DNA from: an uncultured virus (IMG/VR IMGVR_UViG_3300037067_009054)
Taxonomy: Duplodnaviria; Heunggongvirae; Uroviricota; Caudoviricetes
Virus record (IMG/VR): IMGVR_UViG_3300037067_009054
Length of the DNA: 64,000 bases
Strand: one strand, 5' to 3'
Part shown: positions 48,021 to 57,758 of the stretch, in pieces
How the letters are laid out: the number at the start of each line of letters is the position of its first letter
Numbering within the stretch: the first letter of the stretch is position 1
Notes under the pieces: model-generated
Told to the model about the DNA's origin: nothing
Database searches by the model: none
The model's input: only the letters and a program-made list of their open reading frames with translations
Made by a program: the position numbers and the translations under genes

Positions 48021-48306
48021 CTTTTTCTTCCTCTTCTATTAGTTCATCACAATACTTTTCGAATCTCTCTTCTCTCTCCATCGCTCCCTTCCATTCTTTT
48101 CTCGCTTCCCTTATCACTACAATCATCAATATTACAACTTCTATCACTAACAGTGTCATCCACACTCTTCCCAGCGTGTTTAGTCCTTCTGTCCATACCC
48201 CTCCAGTTGCTATGAAGTATCCGATTTCTCCTACTATCGATCCTAACAGCATCATCGACAGTAGATATATTATTCCTACTCCTAATATCCTCAGCACATT
48301 TGCCAC
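48013..48306 (-). CDS. Two-TM membrane protein
   Basis: Two hydrophobic helices, charged C-terminus. Confidence 0.65.
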   Translation of the reverse strand: MANVLRILGVGIIYLLSMMLLGSIVGEIGYFIATGGVWTEGLNTLGRVWMTLLVIEVVILMIVVIREARKEWKGAMEREERFEKYCDELIEEEEKGE

Positions 48307-48370
48307 TTTCTCACCTTCTAAAAACTACTAATGCCCGCTCAGGCGTGATCGGGCATGTGTGTTCGTTAAT

Positions 48371-48673
48371 TCAGTTCTTTCCTGCTGGTCTTATTGAAAT
48401 TATCACGTCATCTCCCAGTTCCATTCCACCGAAGTCCTTCAGCATTAATGGATCGAATCCTTCTACCTGTATTCTTCCCCAGGGGTTTCCGGTTCCTTCT
48501 ACTAGATTTTCGTCTCTATCTAATTTCATCTTCTTCAAAACAGCTTTTATTCTATGAGTCGTGTCTGTCGTGAATTTTAGTTCACCAGTTTCCTTATTCT
48601 TTACAGTCTTCAGCTTTTCAACAGGCCCTAAGAAGTCGAGCTTTCCCCTAATTTCAATTCCCGTATTCGCCAT
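48371..48673 (-). CDS. Hypothetical beta-rich protein
   Basis: GAGG RBS; followed by hairpin 48331-48356. Confidence 0.65.
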   Translation of the reverse strand: MANTGIEIRGKLDFLGPVEKLKTVKNKETGELKFTTDTTHRIKAVLKKMKLDRDENLVEGTGNPWGRIQVEGFDPLMLKDFGGMELGDDVIISIRPAGKN

Positions 48674-48897
48674 GTTCTTTTCCTCACATGTTCAATTCTT
48701 GAATCTTTTTCTAAATCCTTTCTCAATTCTTTCCAGTCTTCCGTGCTTATATTTAGTCTATTCTTTATGAATCGTGTTTGTACCGTTCCCTCCATTCTTA
48801 GAAATTTTATCACTCGTTCTTTTTCTTCCGTCCAATCTCGTTTTGCATCTTGGGCATGATTTTGGTTTCTTGACTCTTGTTTCCCATCCGTAGTCAC
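48628..48897 (-). CDS. Hypothetical protein, possible wHTH
   Basis: VIKFLR.EG.V....IKNRLNIS. Confidence 0.5.
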   Translation of the reverse strand: MTTDGKQESRNQNHAQDAKRDWTEEKERVIKFLRMEGTVQTRFIKNRLNISTEDWKELRKDLEKDSRIEHVRKRTWRIRELKLGESSTS

Positions 48898-48967
48898 ACT
48901 TTGGACACCTCATTTTTTTCGTCATATTACGATAGTAATACGTACTTTTTATTTAAATCTTTCTTCT

Positions 48968-48993
48968 AGTCGCGGCCCTTCAGGGCCGCGACT
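48968..48993. repeat. Intergenic hairpin (AGTCGCG family)
   Basis: agtcgcggccct-tc-agggccgcgact. Confidence 0.9.
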
Positions 48994-48996
48994 CGT

Positions 48997-49263
48997 TTAT
49001 TTAAATCTTTTCTTTTTCTTTATCTTCAGCTTTTCTAGTTGTTCCGTCTTAGGGCATGTATTGAATGTGTATTTCGGGATTTCATCCCTTGTATCTTCAT
49101 CGTGATTTGCCCAATGATCCTTCACTACTCTCGCCGTTGCACAATTAATTTGACACCCAAAACAAGCTTCATGGAATCTCTCTTTCTCTGCATCTATCTG
49201 ACTGCTCAGAATTGCTTTATTTGCTCTTTTCCTACTTGCTTTCATCCACCTTCCCACCCACAT
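48997..49263 (-). CDS. Cys-containing basic hypothetical protein
   Basis: CFGC..NC...CP; lies between two related hairpins. Confidence 0.6.
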   Translation of the reverse strand: MWVGRWMKASRKRANKAILSSQIDAEKERFHEACFGCQINCATARVVKDHWANHDEDTRDEIPKYTFNTCPKTEQLEKLKIKKKKRFK

Positions 49264-49278
49264 TCAAAAAAGTTCCAC

Positions 49279-49304
49279 AGTCGCGCCATTGCAATGGCGC
49301 GACT
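49279..49304. repeat. Perfect 26-bp palindrome centred on TTGCAA
   Basis: agtcgcgccattgcaatggcgcgact. Confidence 0.9.
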
Positions 49305-49307
49305 TGT

Positions 49308-49766
49308 TCACACTGGTACTGCTTCGAGGACGTATCTTACGGCCCCGTCTGCCAGGAGCTTCCTTACGGCTGCTTCTGCTACTTCCTTTGGTACTGCGTC
49401 CAGTCCCGCACCGCTTGTCAGTTCCTCTACGGTCTTCTTTCCGCCTACGATCTTGTTGTAGACTTTCATCAGTTCCAGGGTGTTCAACTGCCCGGAGTGC
49501 TGCATCCTCGCAGTCTTTAGTCCGTTCGCGACTACTGCCTTCTTCACCTTGTACTTACTTTGTCCAGTTATTGCTTCGATCTCCTCAAGTCCCTTTCCTT
49601 CTTTTATCAGTCGCTCAAGAAGATCCTTTGTCAGCTCCAATGGTTCCACTGGTGTCTGCTTCGCTGGTTCCACTGGTGTCTGCTTCACTGGTGCTGTGGT
49701 GGCTGTGTTCGTCTTGCTGTCCTTCTTTCCTGATGCTAATTCCTGCGCCATTTGTCTCATCCTCAC
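49308..49766 (-). CDS. HTH-containing protein with tandem KQTPVEP repeat
   Basis: EGKGLEEIEAITGQSKYKV; 24-bp tandem repeat 49641-49686. Confidence 0.65.
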   Translation of the reverse strand: MRMRQMAQELASGKKDSKTNTATTAPVKQTPVEPAKQTPVEPLELTKDLLERLIKEGKGLEEIEAITGQSKYKVKKAVVANGLKTARMQHSGQLNTLELMKVYNKIVGGKKTVEELTSGAGLDAVPKEVAEAAVRKLLADGAVRYVLEAVPV

Positions 49767-50001
49767 TTTCTATATAATACTCAACGTGCAAGAAGCACAA
49801 TCCGGTTCTCTTTCCCTCGTCGGCTCTGTTCTTCTTCCACTTGAGTTGTCCTTCATCTTTCCTAACCAATAAACACTTGTCGGTCGTCTTTATCATTTCA
49901 ATTGCGTTTTCAAGTGCTTCTATTGTCTTCTGTTTCGCTTCTTCATATTTTTGTGATCCTCGGTTGTCTGTTATTGTCATCTTCATTTGTTTCAGACTCA
50001 T
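49615..50001 (-). CDS. Hypothetical protein (3' part overlaps next gene)
   Basis: ATGA coupling to AbrB-like gene; ~150-nt overlap makes the end uncertain. Confidence 0.45.
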   Translation of the reverse strand: MSLKQMKMTITDNRGSQKYEEAKQKTIEALENAIEMIKTTDKCLLVRKDEGQLKWKKNRADEGKRTGLCFLHVEYYIESEDETNGAGISIRKEGQQDEHSHHSTSEADTSGTSEADTSGTIGADKGSS

Positions 50002-50237
50002 CTCTGCATCCTCCCTGATATTGTGGTCAATTCCCTGAAGTTTCTTATTGTCTCTTCTATTTCCTCCTCCGTCATCTCCGCTGTCGGCAATATTATTATT
50101 GCCTTCGATACAATGATCTTCAGTTCATCCTTTGTTCTCAACCCATTATTTCTTGCCCAGTCAATAGGTATCCTCATTCTAAATGTACCACTTTGAACGT
50201 GGACTTTTGCTTTATCTACTTGGTCTAGGGATACCAT
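49998..50237 (-). CDS. AbrB/SpoVT-like DNA-binding protein
   Basis: KVHVQSGTFRMRIPIDWARNNGL..KDEL. Confidence 0.75.
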   Translation of the reverse strand: MVSLDQVDKAKVHVQSGTFRMRIPIDWARNNGLRTKDELKIIVSKAIIILPTAEMTEEEIEETIRNFRELTTISGRMQR

Positions 50238-50325
50238 GCTTACCTACACTGTATGTTGTCGTATATGAATGTTTCTGTTCATTTCTGATTGCCTTAAATA
50301 TTGTGCCCTTACATATATGTTTATC

Positions 50326-51294
50326 ATGGCTACTCCGGTTGTAAACCCTTCTAGGTCGCGACTGTTCCCTGAGATGCTGATTGAGTGCCTTAATCAAGGC
50401 GACGTGTCAACGTCTGGGGAGACTATCGCATCCTATAATCTAAAGGACCGCATGGTGATTGTTGAAAATCCTCGATTTGATGGAACTGCTCTCATGGACT
50501 TCATTGCTACTGCTGATAGTCGCGAGAAGGCCCGCATACGAACAGATGTCCCTTCCGCTACCGAAGCTCTCAATAGGATGAAGGTCGTTGCGCGAAAGAC
50601 ACTTGATCTTTCCTTCCAGATGACCGCAGGTGCTGTTACTGACAAGTATTGTCGCTATAACATGACTATTAGGAAACCCAATGTTCTTGATAAGTTGAGA
50701 AATGGCGAGAATATTGCCACTGAAGAACAGGCATTTTCCGATGTTCTTAAGTTGGAAGATAACCTTAGTATAGGCGTTCCATATTACGAAAGCCTCCTTA
50801 ATATCGATCCATCTAAGAGGTTCGAAGAGATAATACCAGTTGAGCGAAAGCTTGCTGCTATGGCTGCTGGTGATATTGCTGTCATTGGTGGTGCGCAGGT
50901 AAACATTCCTCCCGGCTGGCTCGGTGTTCTCCTCGGTGTTATGGTCGATATCACTGCATTTGCTGGTGTCGGTGTCGGTGATACATTCCTCATCGTAGAT
51001 CGCGACGATGATCCTACCATGATGAAACTTGAAATTAAGGGGTGCGCGGATGGTCTATATATGCCATGCTATTTGCCATTCCTCAATTCAACCAAGGTGT
51101 ATCTTGAATCCGCTACTGGTTCTGGCGGTAATATCATCCAGGCTGGGTTCTTCTATGGTCTTCGAAAGATGACCGATAGCGATTATGTTAGATGGGGTCT
51201 GTCTTTCCCAACTCCTCTGCAAGCATCTGAGGCCAGTCGCATTCTTTCTCAGTATCCCAAGACACTCGCAGGGCTCAAGTCTGGAGTGAGTTAG
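50326..51294 (+). CDS. 322-aa internally duplicated beta-rich protein, candidate double jelly-roll virion protein
   Basis: Halves end in RYNMTIRKPNVLDKLRNG and FFYGLRKMTDSDYVRWG; TTAAATA about 26 nt upstream. Confidence 0.55.
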   Translation: MATPVVNPSRSRLFPEMLIECLNQGDVSTSGETIASYNLKDRMVIVENPRFDGTALMDFIATADSREKARIRTDVPSATEALNRMKVVARKTLDLSFQMTAGAVTDKYCRYNMTIRKPNVLDKLRNGENIATEEQAFSDVLKLEDNLSIGVPYYESLLNIDPSKRFEEIIPVERKLAAMAAGDIAVIGGAQVNIPPGWLGVLLGVMVDITAFAGVGVGDTFLIVDRDDDPTMMKLEIKGCADGLYMPCYLPFLNSTKVYLESATGSGGNIIQAGFFYGLRKMTDSDYVRWGLSFPTPLQASEASRILSQYPKTLAGLKSGVS

Positions 51295-51295
51295 A

Positions 51296-51637
51296 ATGGA
51301 AGAACTGTTAGAACCTGAAGTATCAGGAATGAAGCGAGTTCCCACTGAACTGGAACTCGCTCTTAGGGATCTCGGTCAGGGACAGCGCATTGCCAATGAC
51401 GGCAATACTGGTAAGAGTGTTCAGGTTCCGTCCAATGCTGAGTTCTTCTGTGCATTTTCCGAGGTCGGAGCTTCACGTCTTGAGATTGATGGCATTGCTT
51501 CTGCTGATTCCACGCTCGTCGTCTTCAAGGATCAATATGTGATGTTCTATCCCATCGGTCCTGGTCAGGGATTGTCCTGCTATGGTCCCGCATCGTCCTT
51601 CTGCAACATAAGATTCCTTGGACATATTAATAGGTGA
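51296..51637 (+). CDS. Small beta-rich probable virion protein
   Basis: Coupled operon; GGAG RBS. Confidence 0.65.
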   Translation: MEELLEPEVSGMKRVPTELELALRDLGQGQRIANDGNTGKSVQVPSNAEFFCAFSEVGASRLEIDGIASADSTLVVFKDQYVMFYPIGPGQGLSCYGPASSFCNIRFLGHINR

Positions 51638-51638
51638 C

Positions 51639-52076
51639 ATGGCTACTGCTTATCTTTTTTATAATCGTGGAAGATATTGCGTCGATATGTATGAGTTTAC
51701 CAAAGGTGGTGACGGTGATATCTATGTCTGTGATTTTGTCAGAGATAAGCAGCAGGGTTTTAATGTTCCTGCCAAGTCCCTCCTGATCGAGAATCATGGT
51801 GGCGGAGCTGGTTATAATTATCTTTATTTCCGAACTACTCATGATGGCAATGGTTGGTCTCGCACCATGCGACTCAAGCCCGATGCATTTGTTAATTATC
51901 AACTCGGCGAGGCCATTTTTTATGGTGTTGCTGTCTGGGCCTCAAATGCTAATTGTATGTTTTCCCTAGATGCAACTCCTGGTGAATGGGATACTGCTGA
52001 AGCTTCCAGATTTCTCGGCAGTCCAAATGTCAAGAAAAACATCGATGCCCTTATTGCTGGCGATCTGGTGATCTGA
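51639..52076 (+). CDS. Small beta-rich probable virion protein
   Basis: AGGTGA RBS before ATG 51639. Confidence 0.65.
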   Translation: MATAYLFYNRGRYCVDMYEFTKGGDGDIYVCDFVRDKQQGFNVPAKSLLIENHGGGAGYNYLYFRTTHDGNGWSRTMRLKPDAFVNYQLGEAIFYGVAVWASNANCMFSLDATPGEWDTAEASRFLGSPNVKKNIDALIAGDLVI

Positions 52077-52077
52077 A

Positions 52078-53052
52078 ATGCCAGCTCGTGGCTATTCATC
52101 CATTCGTGACCAATCCGCCAGACTTAATTTATCCAAGGGAGGTTCTACTTCTCTCTATGTTGATCAGAATGGCCCTGCTTCATCTGATAATAATGATGGT
52201 TTTGACTGGGATCGCCCTAAGCTTACTCTTGGTGCTGCATTTCTCGATGCTGAACCCTGGACGGAAATCTTTTGTAGGAGTGGATTTTATGCAGAAAATA
52301 TTGTTGTCCCCTATGAACACATTACCTTGCATGGTGTTGTTCAGGCTGGCGTTGATAGGGTTGAAATTTGCCCTCTCTCCGGTGTTCCTCTCACTGTTCA
52401 GGTTGGTTATTATGAGATGGAAGGCGTTGCTCTTTCTTCGATTAATGCTGACGTTTCTCGTTTAACTGGCCCCGGTCATCAGTTGCACGATTGCTTCTTC
52501 GAGCTTGATTCAGATGGTAGTTCTCAATGTACTGCTGTTCGGTTAGATGATTGTGATAAAATTGAATTTTATGATAACAATCTAGATGGACTTAGCTCTC
52601 CTGATTCCATTGGCGTCCGCGTTGATGGTTCACTTAATGCTACGGTTGATGCTCTTATTCGAGATAATTATTTTAAGGATTTTGGTGATGTCGGCGTTGC
52701 TGGTCATGCTATTAATCTCGATAATGCTCAGAGAGCCTTGCTTATTCGTAACATATTCGATTCTGGTTATAATGGCATTTATTGTGAAGTTCTCGCTAAT
52801 GCCCTTCACACTATCATGGGCAATCAGTTTTATGCTAATGATAATTATGACATCTGCGATGTGAATCCTGATCCTCTTGTATCTGGCATCATGATTAGGA
52901 ATAATTTCTATGGCTATGCAGGTTGGTTCGATGATAGTAACCATGACGGCCTCGCCGATTTGCCTATTCAGTGCTATAATAATTATGATTATGCTCCCCT
53001 ATCGTCTCCTCACTTCATAGGGCCTTCATTTGTTCCGAGGTATGTTGCATGA
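52078..53052 (+). CDS. Right-handed beta-helix (NosD/pectate-lyase-like) protein
   Basis: LYVD...DNNDGFDW..P..T..AA; G.YAENIVV; repeated I..N.F. Confidence 0.8.
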   Translation: MPARGYSSIRDQSARLNLSKGGSTSLYVDQNGPASSDNNDGFDWDRPKLTLGAAFLDAEPWTEIFCRSGFYAENIVVPYEHITLHGVVQAGVDRVEICPLSGVPLTVQVGYYEMEGVALSSINADVSRLTGPGHQLHDCFFELDSDGSSQCTAVRLDDCDKIEFYDNNLDGLSSPDSIGVRVDGSLNATVDALIRDNYFKDFGDVGVAGHAINLDNAQRALLIRNIFDSGYNGIYCEVLANALHTIMGNQFYANDNYDICDVNPDPLVSGIMIRNNFYGYAGWFDDSNHDGLADLPIQCYNNYDYAPLSSPHFIGPSFVPRYVA

Positions 53053-53204
53053 GTCAAAATCGCGTTGAAATTACATCCAAGTCCAATTCCAGAGTTCCCG
53101 GTCAGCTCGATCCTATTCGTATCGGTGAAAAAATTATTTCGTCTAAGCCAGTTGTTAGACGTATTAAACTTTCTTCGCTCGATCCAGATCCAGATTACAC
53201 TTAA
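53049..53204 (+). CDS. Small hypothetical protein (not in ORF track)
   Basis: 51 aa, ATGA overlap with upstream gene. Confidence 0.4.
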   Translation: MSQNRVEITSKSNSRVPGQLDPIRIGEKIISSKPVVRRIKLSSLDPDPDYT

Positions 53205-53230
53205 ATATCTTTGAAGTATGTACTTCTAAT

Positions 53231-56032
53231 GTGACTGATTCAGCACATGTCCAAACTAAATCCCGCAATTCTCTTTTCGAAAGTAGAGATATCTCCGTTA
53301 TTCAAATTGAAAATCCCACTGCTGCTCCTATTCTTAATTATAGGACTGCTATAGATCCTGCTCTAATTGCTGCAAAGTCCCTCCCTGTTGATCTCAGGGG
53401 CCTTGATCTTAATGGTGAGTCTATTCCGTTTTGGTATTCTAAATATGGCACTGGTCTTAATCCTGCTGAGATTTTTCATAAATCTAATATTCTTGCCGGA
53501 GGTAAACAACAGATTTTGCTTGGTGATGCTCCATATGTTAGTGATATAGGTGCCAGTGTTGGTTTGCCTCAACCAGCTCAACCCAGCCTAGATGATCTCT
53601 GGCACAAAAACGTAGTAACCGATCTTTCTCCGTGTGATGTTATTATAGCTGCTACTCTTCAGTTTCCTTCCAATCTTGCTGATGCATACAGTTATGTTGC
53701 CCAGAAAATTCTAGCCCCTATTTCTTCCAGACACATCGTTAAAACTCCTGAAGGCTATCTACATGCTGTTACCACTTACATTATATCTGGTTTATCCAGG
53801 ATCGTTTATTTCAAAAGTATAAATGGTGGTGAGACATGGACTGCTACCATAGTAGACAACAATGACGGAAATTACTATATCCATCCATCTATTACGTGTG
53901 ACCGCTATGGTGGCATTCACATTACATTTACTAGATGGGACCAAGTTAATTTCCCTACCTATTGGTTATATTGTGGTGGTGCTACTCCTGCTGGGTTTGA
54001 GTTAGTTTCCAACAATGGCAATCTTGCCTATCACCGTCCTCTCGGAGGCGGTGAAGGTTATTCTTATCCTGCTATCGGTGTAGATCCAGATCCTTATAAT
54101 CTCCATTATAATGCTTCATATTCTACCGTTGGTGGTATAAATGGTGTTATTAATAAGATGAATGAAGGTCTCGGTGGGGATTCTGGTATAGGCGGTTGGC
54201 ACCACACAGCTATTAGTGCTACTCTATCTTCTGAGACTCTTCTTCCTCCTAGTAGATCTCTTAAACTTCTTAGGTACTGGGGCATTCCTCCGTCTCTTCC
54301 TGCTGACATAATAGTTTTGTTTAATAGTAATGTTCCCGCTGGTTATACCAGATATTCTGATCAAGATAATTATGGCATTTATTTATCTGATGATGTTGGT
54401 ACTCTAGTCGGTGCTGCTCAACATCGCCATTTGTATTCCTATACCGTTGATGGTGTTCAAAATTGTCTTAAAGGTGGTACTGCTGGTGGTACTGTTGTCA
54501 AGTGCTATCATTCACATGTCGGATCTTTTTATACTAGCTATGCTGCCAATAATCCTCCGTCATATGGTGTTGTTCTTGGTAGGGTTTCTGCTCCCCTTAG
54601 TGTCATTGCTGCTAATGCGTTACTTATTGCTGGTAGTACTGCATTGCTTTCAGCTCTTACGTGTCTTTCTGCTAATGGACAGGCTCTTTATAATAAGTTT
54701 TTCGTAGGTAAGGCATCATATTCAGATCTTGGTGGGTCTCTTACCCATGATCACGATGATATTGCAACTACTACTGTTGGTCCTACGGGCGGTTGTAATA
54801 ATCGTCTTTCTATGACTGATACTTCATATGCAACATGTGCTCATACTCACAATTTATCAGTTGCGTTTGATCCTTTCAGTAATATTGGCGCATATATGAG
54901 GCCCTACATTTATAGTGTTGATTCTCAACTAGATCTTACTAGATTTGGTCAGGATTTATTCTATAGATATATATCTCCTGCCGGGGTTATGGCTCCTGTT
55001 ATTAATATAAGTCAGATCTATTCCGAGTATCCATCATTTGAAGGTATTTGTCTTGCTGATGGTAGTGATAATCTTCATTTCCTTTGGTCTGGTGCTGGTA
55101 TAAATCCATTTCCTTATCTTGGCAATGCTCGAATCTGCTATAAGAAGATGACTGGTGGTGTTCTTGGTGCGAGGGTAGATGTTACCACGTCAAATGATCA
55201 TATGCTATATCCTTCAATGGATATCGATAAGAATGGTGATGTTCATACTGCTTGGTACAACTATACTACTAATCAGGCCGTTCAATATCGTAAATGTGCT
55301 TCTGGTGTCTGGGGTGCAATTGAAAATGTCGATACCGATTCATATGTAGGTATTACTGCTAACATCATTACAGACAAAGATCTTAATGTTTATTTATTCT
55401 ACTGTAAGTGGACTGATCCCGGTACCGCCATAAAGGAGGTTTTCTATCGTAAACGTACTTCTGCTGGATGGAGTGCTGCTGTTAATCTCAGTCCCAACAA
55501 GGCCAGTGCTGGTTACAACCAGTTCGTTGGGCAGATTTATCTTGACAATAAAGGAAATGTTGTTTTTACCTGGACAGGTAAAGGATATGGTGCTCATACC
55601 AGTGTTTATCATCCTGTTTATCGTTATATCAAACCAGATGGAACTATAGTTCCCGCCGTTGGCGTTGATGCTGTTGACCTATTTCCTAGTGATGATACTG
55701 AGATCATTTATCCTACTGTTTTCTGGCATTCATTCCCTCTCACTGATCAGGTTTATCAGAATCTTGTTACCTCCGGTCTTACTTTTATGTATCTCTATAA
55801 TCCCAGAGGTGCTACCAATGACATTGCCGATCTCAAGTTCTATTCATCTGCTGATGCTCTCATAGGTGATGTTGGTCAAGTCGGCTCCGGTGGTCTCGGC
55901 GATGGTAATTTCAATCCCAGTGGCGTTTCTGCTGAGAGCATTCTTCAATCTGAAACGTTCAATGCTACCGTACGTGGATATATAGGAAGATCCCATTTAA
56001 CTAGGGGCGTCGTAGGTGATTATTTTGTCTGA
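53231..56032 (+). CDS. Fibre/adhesin: BNR-like beta-propeller with inserted HxH-repeat segment
   Basis: YFKSINGGETW, repeated PS...D..G..H..W blades; HRH, HSH, HDH, HTH motifs. Confidence 0.7.
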   Translation: MTDSAHVQTKSRNSLFESRDISVIQIENPTAAPILNYRTAIDPALIAAKSLPVDLRGLDLNGESIPFWYSKYGTGLNPAEIFHKSNILAGGKQQILLGDAPYVSDIGASVGLPQPAQPSLDDLWHKNVVTDLSPCDVIIAATLQFPSNLADAYSYVAQKILAPISSRHIVKTPEGYLHAVTTYIISGLSRIVYFKSINGGETWTATIVDNNDGNYYIHPSITCDRYGGIHITFTRWDQVNFPTYWLYCGGATPAGFELVSNNGNLAYHRPLGGGEGYSYPAIGVDPDPYNLHYNASYSTVGGINGVINKMNEGLGGDSGIGGWHHTAISATLSSETLLPPSRSLKLLRYWGIPPSLPADIIVLFNSNVPAGYTRYSDQDNYGIYLSDDVGTLVGAAQHRHLYSYTVDGVQNCLKGGTAGGTVVKCYHSHVGSFYTSYAANNPPSYGVVLGRVSAPLSVIAANALLIAGSTALLSALTCLSANGQALYNKFFVGKASYSDLGGSLTHDHDDIATTTVGPTGGCNNRLSMTDTSYATCAHTHNLSVAFDPFSNIGAYMRPYIYSVDSQLDLTRFGQDLFYRYISPAGVMAPVINISQIYSEYPSFEGICLADGSDNLHFLWSGAGINPFPYLGNARICYKKMTGGVLGARVDVTTSNDHMLYPSMDIDKNGDVHTAWYNYTTNQAVQYRKCASGVWGAIENVDTDSYVGITANIITDKDLNVYLFYCKWTDPGTAIKEVFYRKRTSAGWSAAVNLSPNKASAGYNQFVGQIYLDNKGNVVFTWTGKGYGAHTSVYHPVYRYIKPDGTIVPAVGVDAVDLFPSDDTEIIYPTVFWHSFPLTDQVYQNLVTSGLTFMYLYNPRGATNDIADLKFYSSADALIGDVGQVGSGGLGDGNFNPSGVSAESILQSETFNATVRGYIGRSHLTRGVVGDYFV

Positions 56033-56234
56033 AAAATTATTCATCCCATTCATAATTAATTTCACTAAATCAAGTGAATTGGTGTCCGAGCCATCCCGCC
56101 TCGTAGAAGTCGATCCCGCTTCCCTAATTCCTGATGACCATAGGTCTACGCCCTATGGTAAGGATTTAAACGAGTTTATTAAAAATGGTGGTAAGTTACC
56201 TTCATCTGGCTTGACCGAAGTCAAGCCCGATTAG
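56016..56234 (+). CDS. Small hypothetical protein
   Basis: Overlaps fibre stop; ends in hairpin 56204-56231. Confidence 0.45.
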   Translation: MIILSEKLFIPFIINFTKSSELVSEPSRLVEVDPASLIPDDHRSTPYGKDLNEFIKNGGKLPSSGLTEVKPD

Positions 56235-57703
56235 ATTTCTATTGTTTCTACGTAACCAGTATATGGTATTGTAATGCTCGTTGTCGGCGTTGCCGACAGC
56301 TTGAAACCTATTTTTATATCGGTCCATGCTGGTAGATTGCTCAGTTCTACGTTTCTTGATAGGATGCATTGTGTATATGGTAGGGCCATATCTGCTGGTA
56401 GTAATGCATAGCTTCCATCCCCTCTCTTCCTGTATACTCTTACTGTTAAACTTGAAAGGAATGCTGCTAATCCATCGAATCCAGGTGCTACTCCGTCTGG
56501 TGTTACTTGTATGTGAGTTGCTTTTGGTACTGATGTCCCCGCTGTTGTTACTCTTGCTCTTATCCAGTACCATCCCCCTACTGCTGTCGGCGTACTAGTG
56601 AATGTTACTGATCCACTTTTACCGAATACTTTTCCGTTATTAACCGTTCCATCTGTAACACCTGCCAATGTTGCCCATGTTGCTCCGTTCCAGTATTCCC
56701 ATACGAATATATTATCTGTATTTGACGTTCCCTGGTCTATGTAAAAGTCAATTCTATGGAATGCACTTTGATGTTCAAAATATATACAATCTCCCGCAGT
56801 TGGTGTATATACAAGTGGCACCGAATTCGCTTTTAGGTTGTTTGCTAACTCCGTGTAATCTATTCCTGCTCCACCATTCGGTACTAATGTAACATTTCCT
56901 ATATTCATTCCTTCCAGATCTGCGAAAAGATTTACTCTGAATTTTGTTCCATATGTTGCTTGTGTAAGTGTTATAAATTGTTCCGTTGTATCTGCTAAAG
57001 TTATGTCTCCACTTATGTCTGTAACCATCGATGTTCCCATTGTATCATGAATATCCTTTACTATTGCTCCGATGGTTATTAGTAAAGTGTCTAGGTTATT
57101 TATTGTTTCGTAATCATTTGCTTTTGCTAATAGTGTATCTGCATTTGCTCCGGTTCCTGCTTCTATTCTTGCTGTGAAGTTGTACATTGTACCGAAAGGA
57201 ATAGAAGTCATTAAAATTCCCTGGTAATAACAAAGTATAGTATCTGCTATTATTCCAAAAGTACATGTTGAGAAATCTGTTACATTTATCACGTCTGCTG
57301 TTAGTGGTACTACTTGTTCTAAACTTCCTGCTATTTTATATCTCAGTAGGCAATTGCAGTTTATGGCCCCTCCTTTGTATGGACCCATTTTCACATAGTT
57401 GTTTGCATCTTTGTATAAGCATAATGAAATTTCACCGCTTGTCCCAGTAGTCGTCTGTAGTTTCAAATCTACTGACTTTCTCCAATTCTTTCCGAATTTT
57501 TGCTTTGATTCCAGATATGATATTCCTTTTGTTCCTGTTCCTGCATTTGTGAAAATTAGATTTCCCGTTGCCTGTGTTATTAGTGTCGATCCTACTTCTA
57601 CTGGCGCGTTCCATCTGCTTGTGTCAACTGTGTCCACATCGAATCCATCAAAATCCTGAATTAATGTTGGAATCCCAGTTCCTGGGTCAGTTGGTAATGA
57701 CAC
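56231..57703 (-). CDS. Beta-rich structural/carbohydrate-binding-like protein
   Basis: DFDG....DTSRW; FVWEYWNGATW; YWIRARVT; Thr/Gly-rich. Confidence 0.7.
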   Translation of the reverse strand: MSLPTDPGTGIPTLIQDFDGFDVDTVDTSRWNAPVEVGSTLITQATGNLIFTNAGTGTKGISYLESKQKFGKNWRKSVDLKLQTTTGTSGEISLCLYKDANNYVKMGPYKGGAINCNCLLRYKIAGSLEQVVPLTADVINVTDFSTCTFGIIADTILCYYQGILMTSIPFGTMYNFTARIEAGTGANADTLLAKANDYETINNLDTLLITIGAIVKDIHDTMGTSMVTDISGDITLADTTEQFITLTQATYGTKFRVNLFADLEGMNIGNVTLVPNGGAGIDYTELANNLKANSVPLVYTPTAGDCIYFEHQSAFHRIDFYIDQGTSNTDNIFVWEYWNGATWATLAGVTDGTVNNGKVFGKSGSVTFTSTPTAVGGWYWIRARVTTAGTSVPKATHIQVTPDGVAPGFDGLAAFLSSLTVRVYRKRGDGSYALLPADMALPYTQCILSRNVELSNLPAWTDIKIGFKLSATPTTSITIPYTGYVETIEI

Positions 57704-57758
57704 ATTACCTATGCTGTAGCGAAGATATTTAAAGTTGGGCCTTCTTTCTTAATGGTAT

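Noticed and set aside
49641..49686. 24-bp tandem repeat as a regulatory or iteron array
   Set aside because: Two in-frame copies encoding a KQTPVEP linker
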